A stretch of DNA of 63,785 bases, filler included, from Globobulimina sp. (Eukaryota): assembly GCA_003354225.1 (NCBI GenBank). It is 45 parts of 45 records of this genome, joined end to end, with 100 filler letters (N's around TTAATTAATTAA, not from the genome) between each part and the next. Parts side by side here need not be neighbours in the genome. Positions count along the whole stretch, not along the records: positions 1 to 1,321 come from PIVH01018705.1; positions 1,422 to 2,742 come from PIVH01018706.1; positions 2,843 to 4,163 come from PIVH01018707.1; positions 4,264 to 5,584 come from PIVH01018708.1; positions 5,685 to 7,005 come from PIVH01018709.1; positions 7,106 to 8,425 come from PIVH01018710.1; positions 8,526 to 9,845 come from PIVH01018711.1; positions 9,946 to 11,265 come from PIVH01018712.1; 37 more parts are not named here. One strand, 5' to 3'. Of this stretch, positions 1-11,365 are shown in pieces. How positions within the stretch are numbered: position 1 is the first letter of the stretch; each line of letters begins with the position of its first letter. A program made the translations under genes and the position numbers. Below the pieces are notes generated by a model. That model ran no database searches. It was not told the origin of the DNA and saw nothing but the letters and a program-made list of their open reading frames with translations.

Positions 1-1321
1 ATACAAATAATGATTTATTATCAACCCCAACATTACTGACCGGATTGGACGAGAATATTCTATCAAACCTAAATATTGACACTTTATCCACTCTAGAAAT
101 TGAATTAATTATTGAATCATGGTTTGGACAGAAATCGTCACAAATATTCAACATAAGCAAAGCAAATAATGCATTGCCTATATTAATATTGACAGCTTCT
201 CCAAATATTTTCGCGCAATCAAATCACAATTATGATCAGATTGCACTTACTTCGTTTATAACCTTTAATAGTTCGTGTATCAATGATGACGATGTTATTC
301 CATTTTTATCATATTCATTAAAATGGAGCGTTTCTTCGACTACAACATCGGAGTTAAATGCGTTACAAAACTATTTAAATCAATTACAAGATGCAGATAA
401 TATATTTATTCCATCAGCGTATATGTCACCGGGTAATATCTATACGTTTGAGTTGGAATTGGATTGTATTGATAGTGGTTGTTTATCACCCTCTCGTTCC
501 TCTGTCTCTGTTGACTATGTTTACAGTAATATTCAATGTCAAATTGGTTCATCCAACACTTTATTTTTAAATGATGTCAGTATAAATCAAATGCAATCTT
601 TTCAACTTTCGTTAGATGGAGAGACGTTTACTTTTGATTATGATCAACCATCGATAGCGAATAAAACAAATTTATTATGGACTTGGTCGTGCACTCACAA
701 ATACGATGCGGTCATCACGAGTTGTGATGATTTGTTTGTTGGTTCTGATTCTGTTCAAACACTCTCATTTGAGAATGAACAATTTATTGCAGATAGCACT
801 TATATTTACGAGGTAGAAATGACAGTATCTGATGCTAATATACCATCGAGAATGGAATGTAGTGATTCCGTCACATTGTTTGCAAATATTATAGCAAATA
901 CAGACACATTGGATGCCATTAACATTTTAAGTGTGTCCATAGCAGCTGCAGTGTCACAGGAAATTAATTCGAATGAGAGATTGCGATTAATTGTTGATGT
1001 AACAAACTGGAATGAATTGGAAGATGGCGAGCAAAGCACAGTGAGTTATGTGTGGAGTGAAACCAGTGATTCAGCCATGGATAAGCTTAACGATATAAAT
1101 CAAAATATTGAAAATAATGGGAATTTAATATTGCCAGCAAATACGTTATCAGCAGGTAATATTTATGAATTTGTGTTGTTTGTAGTACAGCATAGTAATA
1201 ATGATCACGCTGTAATTGCGCATGGATCTGCATCCATTGATATCACAGTGAATAGAGGCCCTGTAATTATTAGTAATTCGTTTACCATTGATCCACAATG
1301 TAATAATACAAAATATAATTC
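1..1321 (+). CDS. PKD/REJ-like domain large extracellular protein, internal fragment
   Basis: Long open frame with repeated beta-rich modules: IFIPSAYMSPGNIYTFEL, LWTWSC, LILPANTLSAGNIYEFVLFV...GSASIDITVNRGP. Confidence 0.6.
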
Positions 1322-1421
1322 NNNNNNNNNNNNNNNNNNNNNNNNNNNNNNNNNNNNNNNNNNNNTTAATTAATTAANNNNNNNNNNNNNNNNNNNNNNN
1401 NNNNNNNNNNNNNNNNNNNNN
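1322..1421. other. Artificial contig-joining spacer (first of 44; recurs every ~1420 nt)
   Basis: 44 N + TTAATTAATTAA (stops in all six frames) + 44 N, identical each time; contig lengths fall 1321 to 1319. Confidence 0.98.
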
Positions 1422-1779
1422 GTAAGTCTCGAAATATATCAATTGAGGAAGTAGTAGATATTATATATTGGCAAGGAAACGCTTTATTAATATATATAAA
1501 GCAATTTGCAAAATAAAATATGGCAATTTCATTGTTTGATGAATTAAAATGGACTGCATTGCAATTCAAAATTTATTCGAATAAACATAATTAAAAAAAT
1601 GTAAACGATATCGATCGATTTATTATAATAAGACATATATTTTACGAATGAAAATGAAATTATTGAATGAAAGCGGTTGGAGTGATTATGATCGATATAT
1701 AATTAAATTAAATATGTTTGGTGTTAAATAGTAAAACATTGACAGTCAAATTGAAATTAAAATAAAAGAGACAAAATAA

Positions 1780-2058
1780 AAATATCAAAGATGGAAATTG
1801 CATTATAGAGCGTCACGGGACGGTGCGGGAGAAAGTACATTCAAAACAAAATTTGGTGTGTTTGGTGAATGGGAATTAATATTTTTGGTGGTTTTACAGG
1901 TAATGGATGGGATGGTTTTCATTCGGGTCGCTCTGAGACTGAATGTATGGAAGCAACAATGCATTTTACCTCAATATTTAAAGAATGGTAACACAGGAAT
2001 TGCAGTTTTGCACCATATCCAATTGCAACAAATTATTATTTGTCAGACCGACACTTAA
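1780..2058 (+). pseudogene. Degenerate TLDc-domain fragment
   Basis: WKLHYRASRDGAGESTF, then NIFGGFTGNGW in another frame; both are TLDc hallmark motifs, and the frame is broken between them. Confidence 0.6.
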
Positions 2059-2316
2059 ATTAATTGGAATTTTGGTGTCTTCATTTTGAATTCGAAAAAG
2101 CAGTGGTGAGTCACTTGTTGCATTTAGAATGATTATATTTTTCCATGCATTAAAGAAATGTCCTGATGACCTTGGCATTAAACAACAGTGGGAAAAACCT
2201 TTAGTTTGAGTTTTTTTGAAGATGAAGGAAAAAGAAAAAAATAAGCGAAAAAAGAAAGAAAAAAAAACATAAATTAATAATTAGAAAAATAGTAAGTTTT
2301 TATTGTATAATTACAA

Positions 2317-2420
2317 TTATTGCAATTGTAGATGTTTCTGGCTTTTTTGATGTGCGTTGTATCCACTCTTTGAAGTAAATCTTTTTTTACACATCTTACA
2401 TTCATATGGTTTCTCACCAG
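2317..2420 (-). CDS. Terminal exon of a C2H2 zinc-finger protein
   Basis: After an ACAG acceptor: GEKPYECKMCKKRFTSKSGYNAHQKSQKHLQLQ*. Confidence 0.8.
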
Positions 2421-2952
2421 CTGTTTAATTTAATATAATTAATATTTTATAATTTATATAGACAAACAACCCAAATCTGACAATTGAAATGGATAGTTTA
2501 ATATTGTCAGCACGCAAAATGTTAATTGTTGGAATTTAAGATTATTCATTATGCATCATATTCATTTGCAGTTATTGGTAATTTTCCAATCAAACTGGTC
2601 CATGCATTTTCAATTGATTTGTGTGTTTGTGGTTTGTATCAACGTACAAAAAATGGGTAACTTCCATATAAAGTATACGGAAACCCAGCCAGGCAAACCG
2701 AAAAAAGCACTAAAAGTGGACACTAAAGTATGAGTTCTTCGANNNNNNNNNNNNNNNNNNNNNNNNNNNNNNNNNNNNNNNNNNNNTTAATTAATTAANN
2801 NNNNNNNNNNNNNNNNNNNNNNNNNNNNNNNNNNNNNNNNNNTTAAAACCAAACTATGCTGAAGAAGCAGTAAAACCAGGATGTCAATGTGGTGTATATT
2901 CAGCTTTTTCAGGAGCAAATTGGGCTACTGTTTAAGAATGATCTAATTTAAT

Positions 2953-2966
2953 TTAATTAAAAATGA
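2953..2966 (+). promoter_or_regulatory. Putative viral early-promoter-like motif TTAATTAAAAATGA (second copy 3939-3952)
   Basis: Identical 14-mer upstream of both ORFs in this contig; its AAAAATGA core is one mismatch from the Mimivirus AAAATTGA motif. Confidence 0.5.
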
Positions 2967-3024
2967 GAAATGATTTATTAAAATTTAAATATTTATATTT
3001 TATATATTTAAATGAAAACTTGTA

Positions 3025-3912
3025 ATGACCGAAAAACAAAAATTAAGAATTATAAAATATAAGAATAAATGTAAAGAATTAGATTTTGAATATATAGAAA
3101 AAATTAGAAAAAATAATATAACTTATATAAAGGTAAGATGTAATAAATGTAATGTTATTAAACCTGTTCAATGTAGTGATTTAATGAGAGGAAAAATTAA
3201 TTGTAAAAATTGTATAACTATAAAAATAATCATAAAATATCAAAATATATGTAAAGAATTAGGTTATGAACTTATAGAATATAAAAATAATAAAATAAAA
3301 GTAAAATGTATTAAATGTAATGAGATTCATAAATCTGTTCAAAATCATTCTTTAGTATCAGGAGTAATTGAATGTAAAAATTGTTTAAAAATAAATTATG
3401 GAATAAGATGTAAAAAATTAGGTTATAAATATATGGGACATTTTGTAGAAAAGAATCAAACGGTAGTAAAAGCAAAATGTGAAGAAAAAAAATGTAAAAT
3501 TATTAATCATTTTAAAAGTAGTGCTTTAATGAATTATTCTGTTAAATGTAAATGTAAGAAACCAACTTTTGTTAGAGGTTATATATATAGATTAACGATA
3601 GGACATTATTGGTATATAGGTCTTACAGATACAACAATAAATACTCGTTATAATTGTCATGTATCAGATTGTTTTAATCAAAGAGGTAAAAAAGAAATTT
3701 TAAAATATAATTCAAAAATCTATAAAGGAATTAGAAAAGAATTATGTAAAATAACAGAAAAATCAATGGATAAACTAACACAAAAAGATTTTAGAGAACA
3801 TGTAAAAAAAGAAAAAGTCGGTGAGGTTGATACTAATAAGAAAGACCTAGAAGCTTTAGAATCTTTAATGATAAATACAAAAGATAAATGGAGTTTAAAT
3901 ACTAAAAATTAA
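3025..3912 (+). CDS. Putative GIY-YIG endonuclease with three N-terminal Cys-rich zinc-ribbon repeats (giant-virus-like)
   Basis: Three ~55-aa repeats (CKELG/D..Y...KV.C.KC......L.....C.NC); C-terminal GYIY..x..YIGLT...R...H...LE...I......LN pattern; intronless, extreme AT. Confidence 0.7.
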   Translation: MTEKQKLRIIKYKNKCKELDFEYIEKIRKNNITYIKVRCNKCNVIKPVQCSDLMRGKINCKNCITIKIIIKYQNICKELGYELIEYKNNKIKVKCIKCNEIHKSVQNHSLVSGVIECKNCLKINYGIRCKKLGYKYMGHFVEKNQTVVKAKCEEKKCKIINHFKSSALMNYSVKCKCKKPTFVRGYIYRLTIGHYWYIGLTDTTINTRYNCHVSDCFNQRGKKEILKYNSKIYKGIRKELCKITEKSMDKLTQKDFREHVKKEKVGEVDTNKKDLEALESLMINTKDKWSLNTKN

Positions 3913-3987
3913 TTTTTATAAAATCCTAATAATTAAAATTAATTAAAAATGATTTAATATGTTAATAATAATATATATTAAATAACA

Positions 3988-4163
3988 ATGAAAGTTCTTG
4001 TATTAGTTTTAACATCAAGTAAAATCAAATTATTAAAAAGATGTGTAGAATCTGTATTAAATCAGAGAAAAGTAAGTTTTGAGTATGATATTAAAATTAT
4101 TGTAAATACAACAAATGAAGATTATTATGGAGAAGTATTAGAAAAAATAAAATATGAAGACAT
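3988..4163 (+). CDS. Glycosyltransferase family 2-like, N-terminal fragment
   Basis: VLVLVLTSSKIKLLKRCVESVLNQ...YDIKIIVN. Confidence 0.7.
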
Positions 4164-4339
4164 NNNNNNNNNNNNNNNNNNNNNNNNNNNNNNNNNNNNN
4201 NNNNNNNTTAATTAATTAANNNNNNNNNNNNNNNNNNNNNNNNNNNNNNNNNNNNNNNNNNNNATGGTTTAAACTCAAAGAACAAGAATAAATTTTGTAT
4301 TTATTTACGGCTATTATCAATGATGAAGTCATTTCTATA

Positions 4340-4772
4340 TTACTCCTCTTCTTCATATGGTGGGAAAAATCTGCCACGAATTCCAAATGACCAAAACCAA
4401 TCTTTCCACTGTTTCAATTTGTAATATGTTTTATATTTTTATCCATACACAATTTGAAAGAAACATAAGTTCATTTTGCTAAACTTTCATTGGTAGCGCT
4501 GGAGCCGCGACATAAACGCCAGCAATAACTAGTGGGATAGACCACGCTGACCATCTGTCAACAATATAAAATGAGTTATTTGTGAAAGGATAACTCGCAA
4601 ATTCGCAAAGAACAGAAGAAACAAACCTGAATGCTCTGATATGCATACGGCGCGCTAATACATATCTATCAAGTACGTGTCCTGCAGTAAGAGCTGTATA
4701 CATATACGCAAAATTCATGCATGCTTGGTCCGATGCAAAAGGTAAACTCTTGATATCATCCTCATCTGCCAT
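4340..4772 (-). CDS. Hypothetical small protein (probably two exons)
   Basis: ORF 4479-4772 plus downstream frame ...WKDWFWSFGIRGRFFPPYEEEE*. Confidence 0.4.
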
Positions 4773-4830
4773 TGTTTGGGATGTTTTTTTGATGAAATGT
4801 TAGTGAGAATCTTAAAAAACATTTGTATTC

Positions 4831-5584
4831 ATGGCACTTGAACGTGGGAGTTATTCGTGGAAGATAGACGACAAAGAAACAATAACCAAAATATTAAACT
4901 GCAAAAACGGTGCGAAATTTAAAAGCGATGTCTTTGAAATTGGTAAGTTAGAATTTCGAATAATTTTATGTCCAAATGGTTTAAACTCAAAGAACAAGAA
5001 TAAATTTTGTATTTATTTACGGCTATTATCAATGTCAGACAAATGGAAATATATAACATTATGTCAGAATGTATATTGTATAGAAACAATGAGTTCCAGC
5101 ACAGCAATTGTTCAGTACGAAAGAAATGGACAATCAAAAGGTTCGGCAAATGGCTTATATTTATTATCTAAATTAAAACAAGAATTTACGCAAAATCAAA
5201 TAACTTCAATCACCGCAAAAATATCATTAAATATCTTAAAGATTGTTTTAAAAACTGATTATATTTTATTTAAACATCATTTATCATTTAAATCATATTA
5301 CAACAACAAACAAATAATAAAATGGCAGATAAATAACAAATTATTACTAAATAAATTCAAAAATTCGTATCATGGACAACCATTCCAACAAAAACAAAAT
5401 AATAATTGGCGGTTAGTGTGTTATCCCAATGGTAACACCGATAAGTTTCAAGGTACTGTATTTTATTTATATCATATACATTTGACAAAAAAAGTTGCAT
5501 TTCATATTGGAAAATATGTAGGTTACACCGGGCTATATTTAACTTTGTGTGGTCTTCCAAAGAATGTATTAAAAACAAACGTTG
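4831..5584 (+). CDS. Tandem MATH/TRAF-like domain protein, 3' truncated; intron 5453-5521
   Basis: YSWKI...FKSDVF...LCPNG...FCIYLRLL repeated as IKWQI...LVCYPNG...GLYLTL; 69-nt GT..AG intron restores QGYTGLYL. Confidence 0.8.
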
Positions 5585-5684
5585 NNNNNNNNNNNNNNNN
5601 NNNNNNNNNNNNNNNNNNNNNNNNNNNNTTAATTAATTAANNNNNNNNNNNNNNNNNNNNNNNNNNNNNNNNNNNNNNNNNNNN

Positions 5685-5778
5685 ACGAGAGATTAGATCG
5701 AATGCGTTAAGATCCAACTTGAACTCTAGCAGCCGACGTCAGGTACTTGAACGCAACTGCCAGAATAGAGGAGAGATT
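5685..5778. repeat. Diverged inverted repeat, left arm (partner 6860-6954)
   Basis: Reverse complement aligns over ~90 nt, including an exact CTCTATTCTGGCAGTTGCGTTCAAGTACCTG. Confidence 0.9.
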
Positions 5779-5910
5779 TGAGCTAGTTAGTGTAGACAGA
5801 GCCGTAGACGGTCCTTTCGCAGCAGGTGGTATAGTATCCTGCCTGGAAGGTATCGATAGAGGATTAACTTAGACAGGCTTATATACACAAAATTTCAATA
5901 TGGTAACTTA

Positions 5911-6729
5911 GAAATTGGCATCGACAGTACAGAATGGCAAGTACAGTCGACCGAAATCCCAACCAAGTTTTATACGGTAACCCAAAAAATGTCTGAATGC
6001 AAGGAATGCCGTGCAAAATGTCGTTTCTGTGGTGTTTGTTCCTGTATGTACACTTGTGAATGTGTCGACTGTGCTATTTCGCATAATGTGTGTAAGCACA
6101 TACATTTCATTCATCACACATTTTGGAGAGAAGAAAAGACATTGGAAACGACCGGAAATCGGGGACAAGAAGAGACACCAAATTTTTTGCTTCGTCCAAT
6201 TAATGAAGTTCAAGAAGAATCATCATACAAAGCAAGTGCCGAAAAATATTATTTAAATATGAAGGCTCTTATGAAGAAAAGTAAGAGTAATGAACAATGG
6301 AAAGAAGTTGCTAAAAATATGAAGAAACTTTGCAATTTGATGGAGGTAATGCCTGAACCCGAACATACGACCACTACTTTTGAACAAGATCCAAATCGAC
6401 CTAATGTTCACCCAAACACAAATGTTGTGCATCAGCCTCGATTTCAAAGTCGGAATGACAAGAACAAAAAACGGCAGAAAAACACGGATTATACTGAACT
6501 TGTAGAAAAGGCCGGCAAAGAACTCAATGAAATAGATTCTGATGCCCTCCAAACATGTCAACATTGTTTCGCACACAACAATGGAAAAGAAAAAGTTAAC
6601 TGGGTAGGATGCGATACATGTTTATTGTGGTATCACACTGATTGCATCATTAAAGCACAAAAAGAAAGATCGGTAAAGTGGGATAAAGAAAATTTAACCT
6701 GTGCTACATGTGTTGAAGGTGGATTATAA
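5911..6729 (+). mobile_element. MULE-type transposase C-terminal region (SWIM zinc finger + PHD finger)
   Basis: WQVQS..YTV..C..CxxCxxC..YTCECVD....VCKHIH (SWIM); CQHC...WVGCDTCLLWYHTDC...CATC (PHD). Confidence 0.7.
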
Positions 6730-7385
6730 ATTGTTATGTAACTAATTTTGATGAATCTATGTATGATGTTGTGCTTCACCTGTTGTATACCTATTATAAT
6801 AAATACTCTTAGTAGCTTCTGTTTACACAGCTGTTCAATAGGGGAGGACGGTATAGCGATCTCCCTACTCTATTCTGGCAGTTGCGTTCAAGTACCTGTA
6901 CGTCTGCTGCTGAGGTCAACTTGGGTCCTTAACTCTTGAGTTATAATCGCTCGTGTAAGGGGCAGGGCTTTCAGTTACGACCGACCGATCCGTGCGCCCC
7001 TATCANNNNNNNNNNNNNNNNNNNNNNNNNNNNNNNNNNNNNNNNNNNNTTAATTAATTAANNNNNNNNNNNNNNNNNNNNNNNNNNNNNNNNNNNNNNN
7101 NNNNNGAAAGTTGAAGTAAAGACTTTAAAATAAAAAGAACTGCAGACTTTCCTGAAAAAGGGAGTAATGTGGTATATTGACATATGATACCCCCCTATAA
7201 CTGAAAAACCTCTTTGTATTATTCTTAACCTAAGTTCTTACTTACTTACTTAGCCATCCCTTACTAAACTTAAGGAATACCATACTCAAACCACATGTTG
7301 CATGAGCCTCAATTTTAAGAAACAGTAACTTGGCTCAAAAGATCCTTGCACATTCTATGTGATATAGTAAGCACAATACATATCA

Positions 7386-8090
7386 TTATTTCTCATCAAA
7401 TCCACCAAACGAATCATCTGCAGCTATTTTCTGTGAGTTATATCCATTTAAATTGCCATGGTCATTCATTTCCATTTGCTCCAGTTTTTGCATTAATGTT
7501 TGCATTTTATCTGCTTTTATCTGTTCATTATTTGCTATGATTGTATGCAAATGTTTGGTTAAATTATCTCTTCGCTCTTTCAATTTATCCATAAATGTTT
7601 TTGACTCTTCGTATTGCTTTTTTTTCCATTCATAATCTTTTTGATAATAAGCAACGTCGCGATTTATTCCTTCAATCAAATTCCTCAATGTTTCAACATC
7701 TTTGCTCAATTTATTTTCCATTGAACTGAATTCTGTGTTTAATTCTGTTAAATCATTTTGTTCTTTTTCCAATATTTTTTGCCTTGCAATCAATGCTTGT
7801 TGCACTAGTCTGGATTTCTGATCATTTAATCTCTGTTTTGATTGGATCTCTTTTTTTGACGGAGCTTTAAATTTCAATTGTTCTGATTTGCTATGCATAT
7901 TATTTGGTGTTTGCGATGATGAGTTGTTAGCTTTATTGTGTTGATAATTTATATTGTCTTTGTCATTATGTTTATGAGCTGATGATATAGCTGGGATTGA
8001 AATGGATTTAGGTTTGCGTGATTTGTCAGATAACATTGACTTTTTGAGACTTTCCACGTCAATGTTTATATTAATATTATTAAGTGCCAT
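7386..8090 (-). CDS. GORAB: RAB6-interacting golgin / DUF662-like coiled-coil protein
   Basis: LSKDVETLRNLIEGINRD....QKDYEWKKKQYEE...LKERRDNLTKHLHTIIANNEQIKADKMQTLM. Confidence 0.65.
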   Translation of the reverse strand: MALNNININIDVESLKKSMLSDKSRKPKSISIPAISSAHKHNDKDNINYQHNKANNSSSQTPNNMHSKSEQLKFKAPSKKEIQSKQRLNDQKSRLVQQALIARQKILEKEQNDLTELNTEFSSMENKLSKDVETLRNLIEGINRDVAYYQKDYEWKKKQYEESKTFMDKLKERRDNLTKHLHTIIANNEQIKADKMQTLMQKLEQMEMNDHGNLNGYNSQKIAADDSFGGFDEK

Positions 8091-8787
8091 TGCTTGAAAC
8101 TGAGAGTTTTTTAAAATGCTACAGAAGTGATTTGTCGTTTGCGAGGTGCAGAATAACAGCATAAGTAGCGGTTTGGCATTAGAACTTTTTGTATAATATG
8201 TGTTGCGATCAAACTCTATTGATTCGCAACAGAAGGTAATCATTGTATTATTAGTAAAAGTATATGAATGAGATATAAAACCTGCTACAATCCCACTTAC
8301 CATAAATCCAGACACAGTCACAAAAATAAACAAAAAAACAAAAAAAATTACAAACTTCAAAAATAAATACATAACTGAGCCATATATAGTCGACCGAAAA
8401 AAAAAAAGGAAAAATAGGAAAACAANNNNNNNNNNNNNNNNNNNNNNNNNNNNNNNNNNNNNNNNNNNNTTAATTAATTAANNNNNNNNNNNNNNNNNNN
8501 NNNNNNNNNNNNNNNNNNNNNNNNNCTGAGTCACTTTGAAAAACATAGACATAAAATATTTTGATATAAACTATAGAAATATAGATAGAATAATGTGTAT
8601 TTACTGTTGGCAAAAAAAAAAAAATAGAAACTAATATGATAACAAACAAAAAATATATGAAAAAACAAGGAGAGTTCCTGCGGCATACTTTGATATTATA
8701 CGAAGTGCCGGGATAAAATATATATATATATACATATGAAAAAAAAATTATCAAAGGTAAAAAAATTGTATACTAAACTTTGAGACT

Positions 8788-8875
8788 CCAATTTTTTTAT
8801 TTGGTTTTCCAAATTTTTATTTTGGTTTTCCAATTTTTTATTTTGGTTTTCCAATTCTTGCATTTGGTTTTTCAT
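8788..8875 (-). repeat. 21-nt coding tandem repeat (heptad LENQNKK)
   Basis: About four copies of TTTTCCAATTTTTTATTTTGG-like unit. Confidence 0.8.
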
Positions 8876-9945
8876 CAATTGTTGCATAGTTTCCATCCAT
8901 CCAAAATTCTCTGCACCACACCGCCAACAAATACACACATTTTGCGGATCTGGACATGATTGAACTGTATCATTAGCTGTTATTTAAATGTACGTGTTTT
9001 GCAAGCAATGCTCAAGATATTTATTGTAAAAGAGATAAATAATAAAAATAAAAAAAAATAATCAGTTAAAAATTCTAAAAATAAAAAAAATACATTGTGG
9101 AAAATGAGTATAATCGATATGGATTGCAATTGGGTTGATTGGCGGCGACATATTCCTATATGGTGTCGGAGCTATTGATGAATTATCTGTACTTAGGCTA
9201 TTATTATTATACGTTGTTGATACAGATGCTGCGTTCAATGAAAATGGAAACATAGCACTTGGATATTGTATATTATTATTATTAAATGTTGTTGGTAGAG
9301 ATGGAAATATCATATTGTTATTATTATTATTTTGTATTTGTGGTGAATGGACATTATAATTATCTGTTTATTAAACAACAAACAAACTCACAAAATACAA
9401 ACATAAACTGACATACATCGGGTATCCACATGAGGTGATTGATAATTATTATTTTTATTAAATGTGTTATTATTGATTGGTATTATCGGCGACATGGATA
9501 TCATTGGTGGGAATGGCGGGATATCTAAAATCTCAGACTCACTCAGAGTCAGAGTCTCAATACAAAAGCAAATTAACTTAACTATAGCTTTTTGTGTCAT
9601 GTTTATATTTATCAATCTCTCCCTTATATTTCCATTGCATTGTCAATGTATCGTATGCAGGACGCGGATCATTTTGCTTCTTATAAAATCGTATTGTGAT
9701 CTTTGAATGGGATTGAATGTCATCTCCAAACCGTATACCTTTCTCCATGCCGCACGATGTTTTTCCCAAAAATATCTTGCGCGATCTCACGGTTGACAAA
9801 CAAAGTTTGCGACCTTATCGAAAGCTGAAAGTTTTCGAGTGAGGTNNNNNNNNNNNNNNNNNNNNNNNNNNNNNNNNNNNNNNNNNNNNTTAATTAATTA
9901 ANNNNNNNNNNNNNNNNNNNNNNNNNNNNNNNNNNNNNNNNNNNN

Positions 9946-10531
9946 GTAGAGACATTGAAAGTGAGTTACTGCCATGTTTAAGGTCTGTGAAATTTTAAAT
10001 GAATCGATATCTTTGCCTATATGCAATATAAAAACGCAATTGTTCAGATATTTTAATATTGATTTTTATGCCTTTGGTACATTGGCCAATGGTCTCTTGG
10101 CTGGGTCATATGGTACAAAATATGTATTAAATGCACATAAATCCGTAACAAGTGGACGTAGAATGGATTTTTATTTGTCACATTTTTATTTATGGAGGGA
10201 ATCATATTTCGAGGCATGGAATGTTATTAAAATGGGCATAGATAAAGTGTATGGAGCAAATGTGGATTATGCTGATATAATGTATCGATGGATGGTTCAT
10301 CACAGTAAATTACAAGAAACAGATGGCATTATATTCGGAATCAGTAAATATAGATATTTGAAACCAACAATGAATGCATTGAAATATGGCAAACCTTTAC
10401 ATGTTGAAGTGATTAAAGCATTCAATGATGGATGGAATATGGCCAAAAAAGAAAATCGAGGATATATTCAATGGAATGACCAACATGGCAGGTTTCGGAC
10501 AGATGAACCTAAATTCAACTGTAAATTGTAA
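9946..10531 (+). CDS. Aldo/keto reductase (AKR7-like), C-terminal part; intron 9983-10047
   Basis: RDIESELLPCLR|YFNIDFYAFGTLANGLLAG...RWMVHHSKL...DGIIFGIS. Confidence 0.85.
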
Positions 10532-11015
10532 TTGCTTAAAAGTAAATTGATTTTATTCTAATTGCTTTGCAGACACAAATATTGAGCTAATTTATTGTGG
10601 CGAGCAATCAACTCCAAAAGTTGAAGTCCGATCATCACAATGAAAATTTTGCTCAATAGCTATCCAAAGGACAAAATACGAGAATAATTAATTATAAAAA
10701 AACAAAGTAATAATCAATAACATCTATGTCCAAACTCAATAAGATCTTAACACAGCAATCAACACAAACAAAACATAACAAACCTAATGTGTTATCATCA
10801 AATCTTCAACATTCGATGCATCGACAAATAACATTGGAGCAAAATGGAGGACAATGACCACACATTTTATAAATGCCACATTACAGCAAAACAAAAACAA
10901 GAGCAAGCATACAAAAAATAAGATCGTTCTAAGTCAACAAAATGCAGATATATTACCATGAAAAAAGTCACTCAAAAAACAAAACAAAAACACATACAAA
11001 TATATCAAGTTATTA

Positions 11016-11265
11016 TTATTTAAAGCTCATAGCATTTGGATTCAACGAAGACATTGTATTTGCATTATACTGGCCATACTGATGCATATTACCATTATTG
11101 CCATTATTACCAAACGCCGGCATATTATTATTCACCACCAATGGCACCGGTATATTTACAACATTTTGTACATTGTTTAAATTCCCCTCCATCTGTACCT
11201 GTACATTATTGCCTTGTGGTCCTTGCCTTTGCCCTTTGCTCTTCTTCTTACGTTTCTTCTTTTTC
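11016..11265 (-). CDS. C-terminus of a low-complexity protein ending in a PAM2-like motif
   Basis: KKKKRKKKSK...MSSLNPNAMSFK*; not in the ORF track. Confidence 0.55.
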
Positions 11266-11365
11266 NNNNNNNNNNNNNNNNNNNNNNNNNNNNNNNNNNN
11301 NNNNNNNNNTTAATTAATTAANNNNNNNNNNNNNNNNNNNNNNNNNNNNNNNNNNNNNNNNNNNN

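Noticed and set aside
1366..1377. Regularly spaced TTAATTAATTAA repeats resembling an array
   Set aside because: Artificial linker inside N runs; not CRISPR or biological.
6876..6935. Possible Pol III A/B boxes or hammerhead core in the inverted repeat
   Set aside because: The boxes are adjacent with no tRNA fold; the CTGCTGAG is not conserved in the other copy and no GAAA follows.
8091..8372. Hydrophobic N-terminal extension of the 328-aa ORF
   Set aside because: Likely a chance open frame through T-rich upstream DNA; the Met at 8090 fits better.
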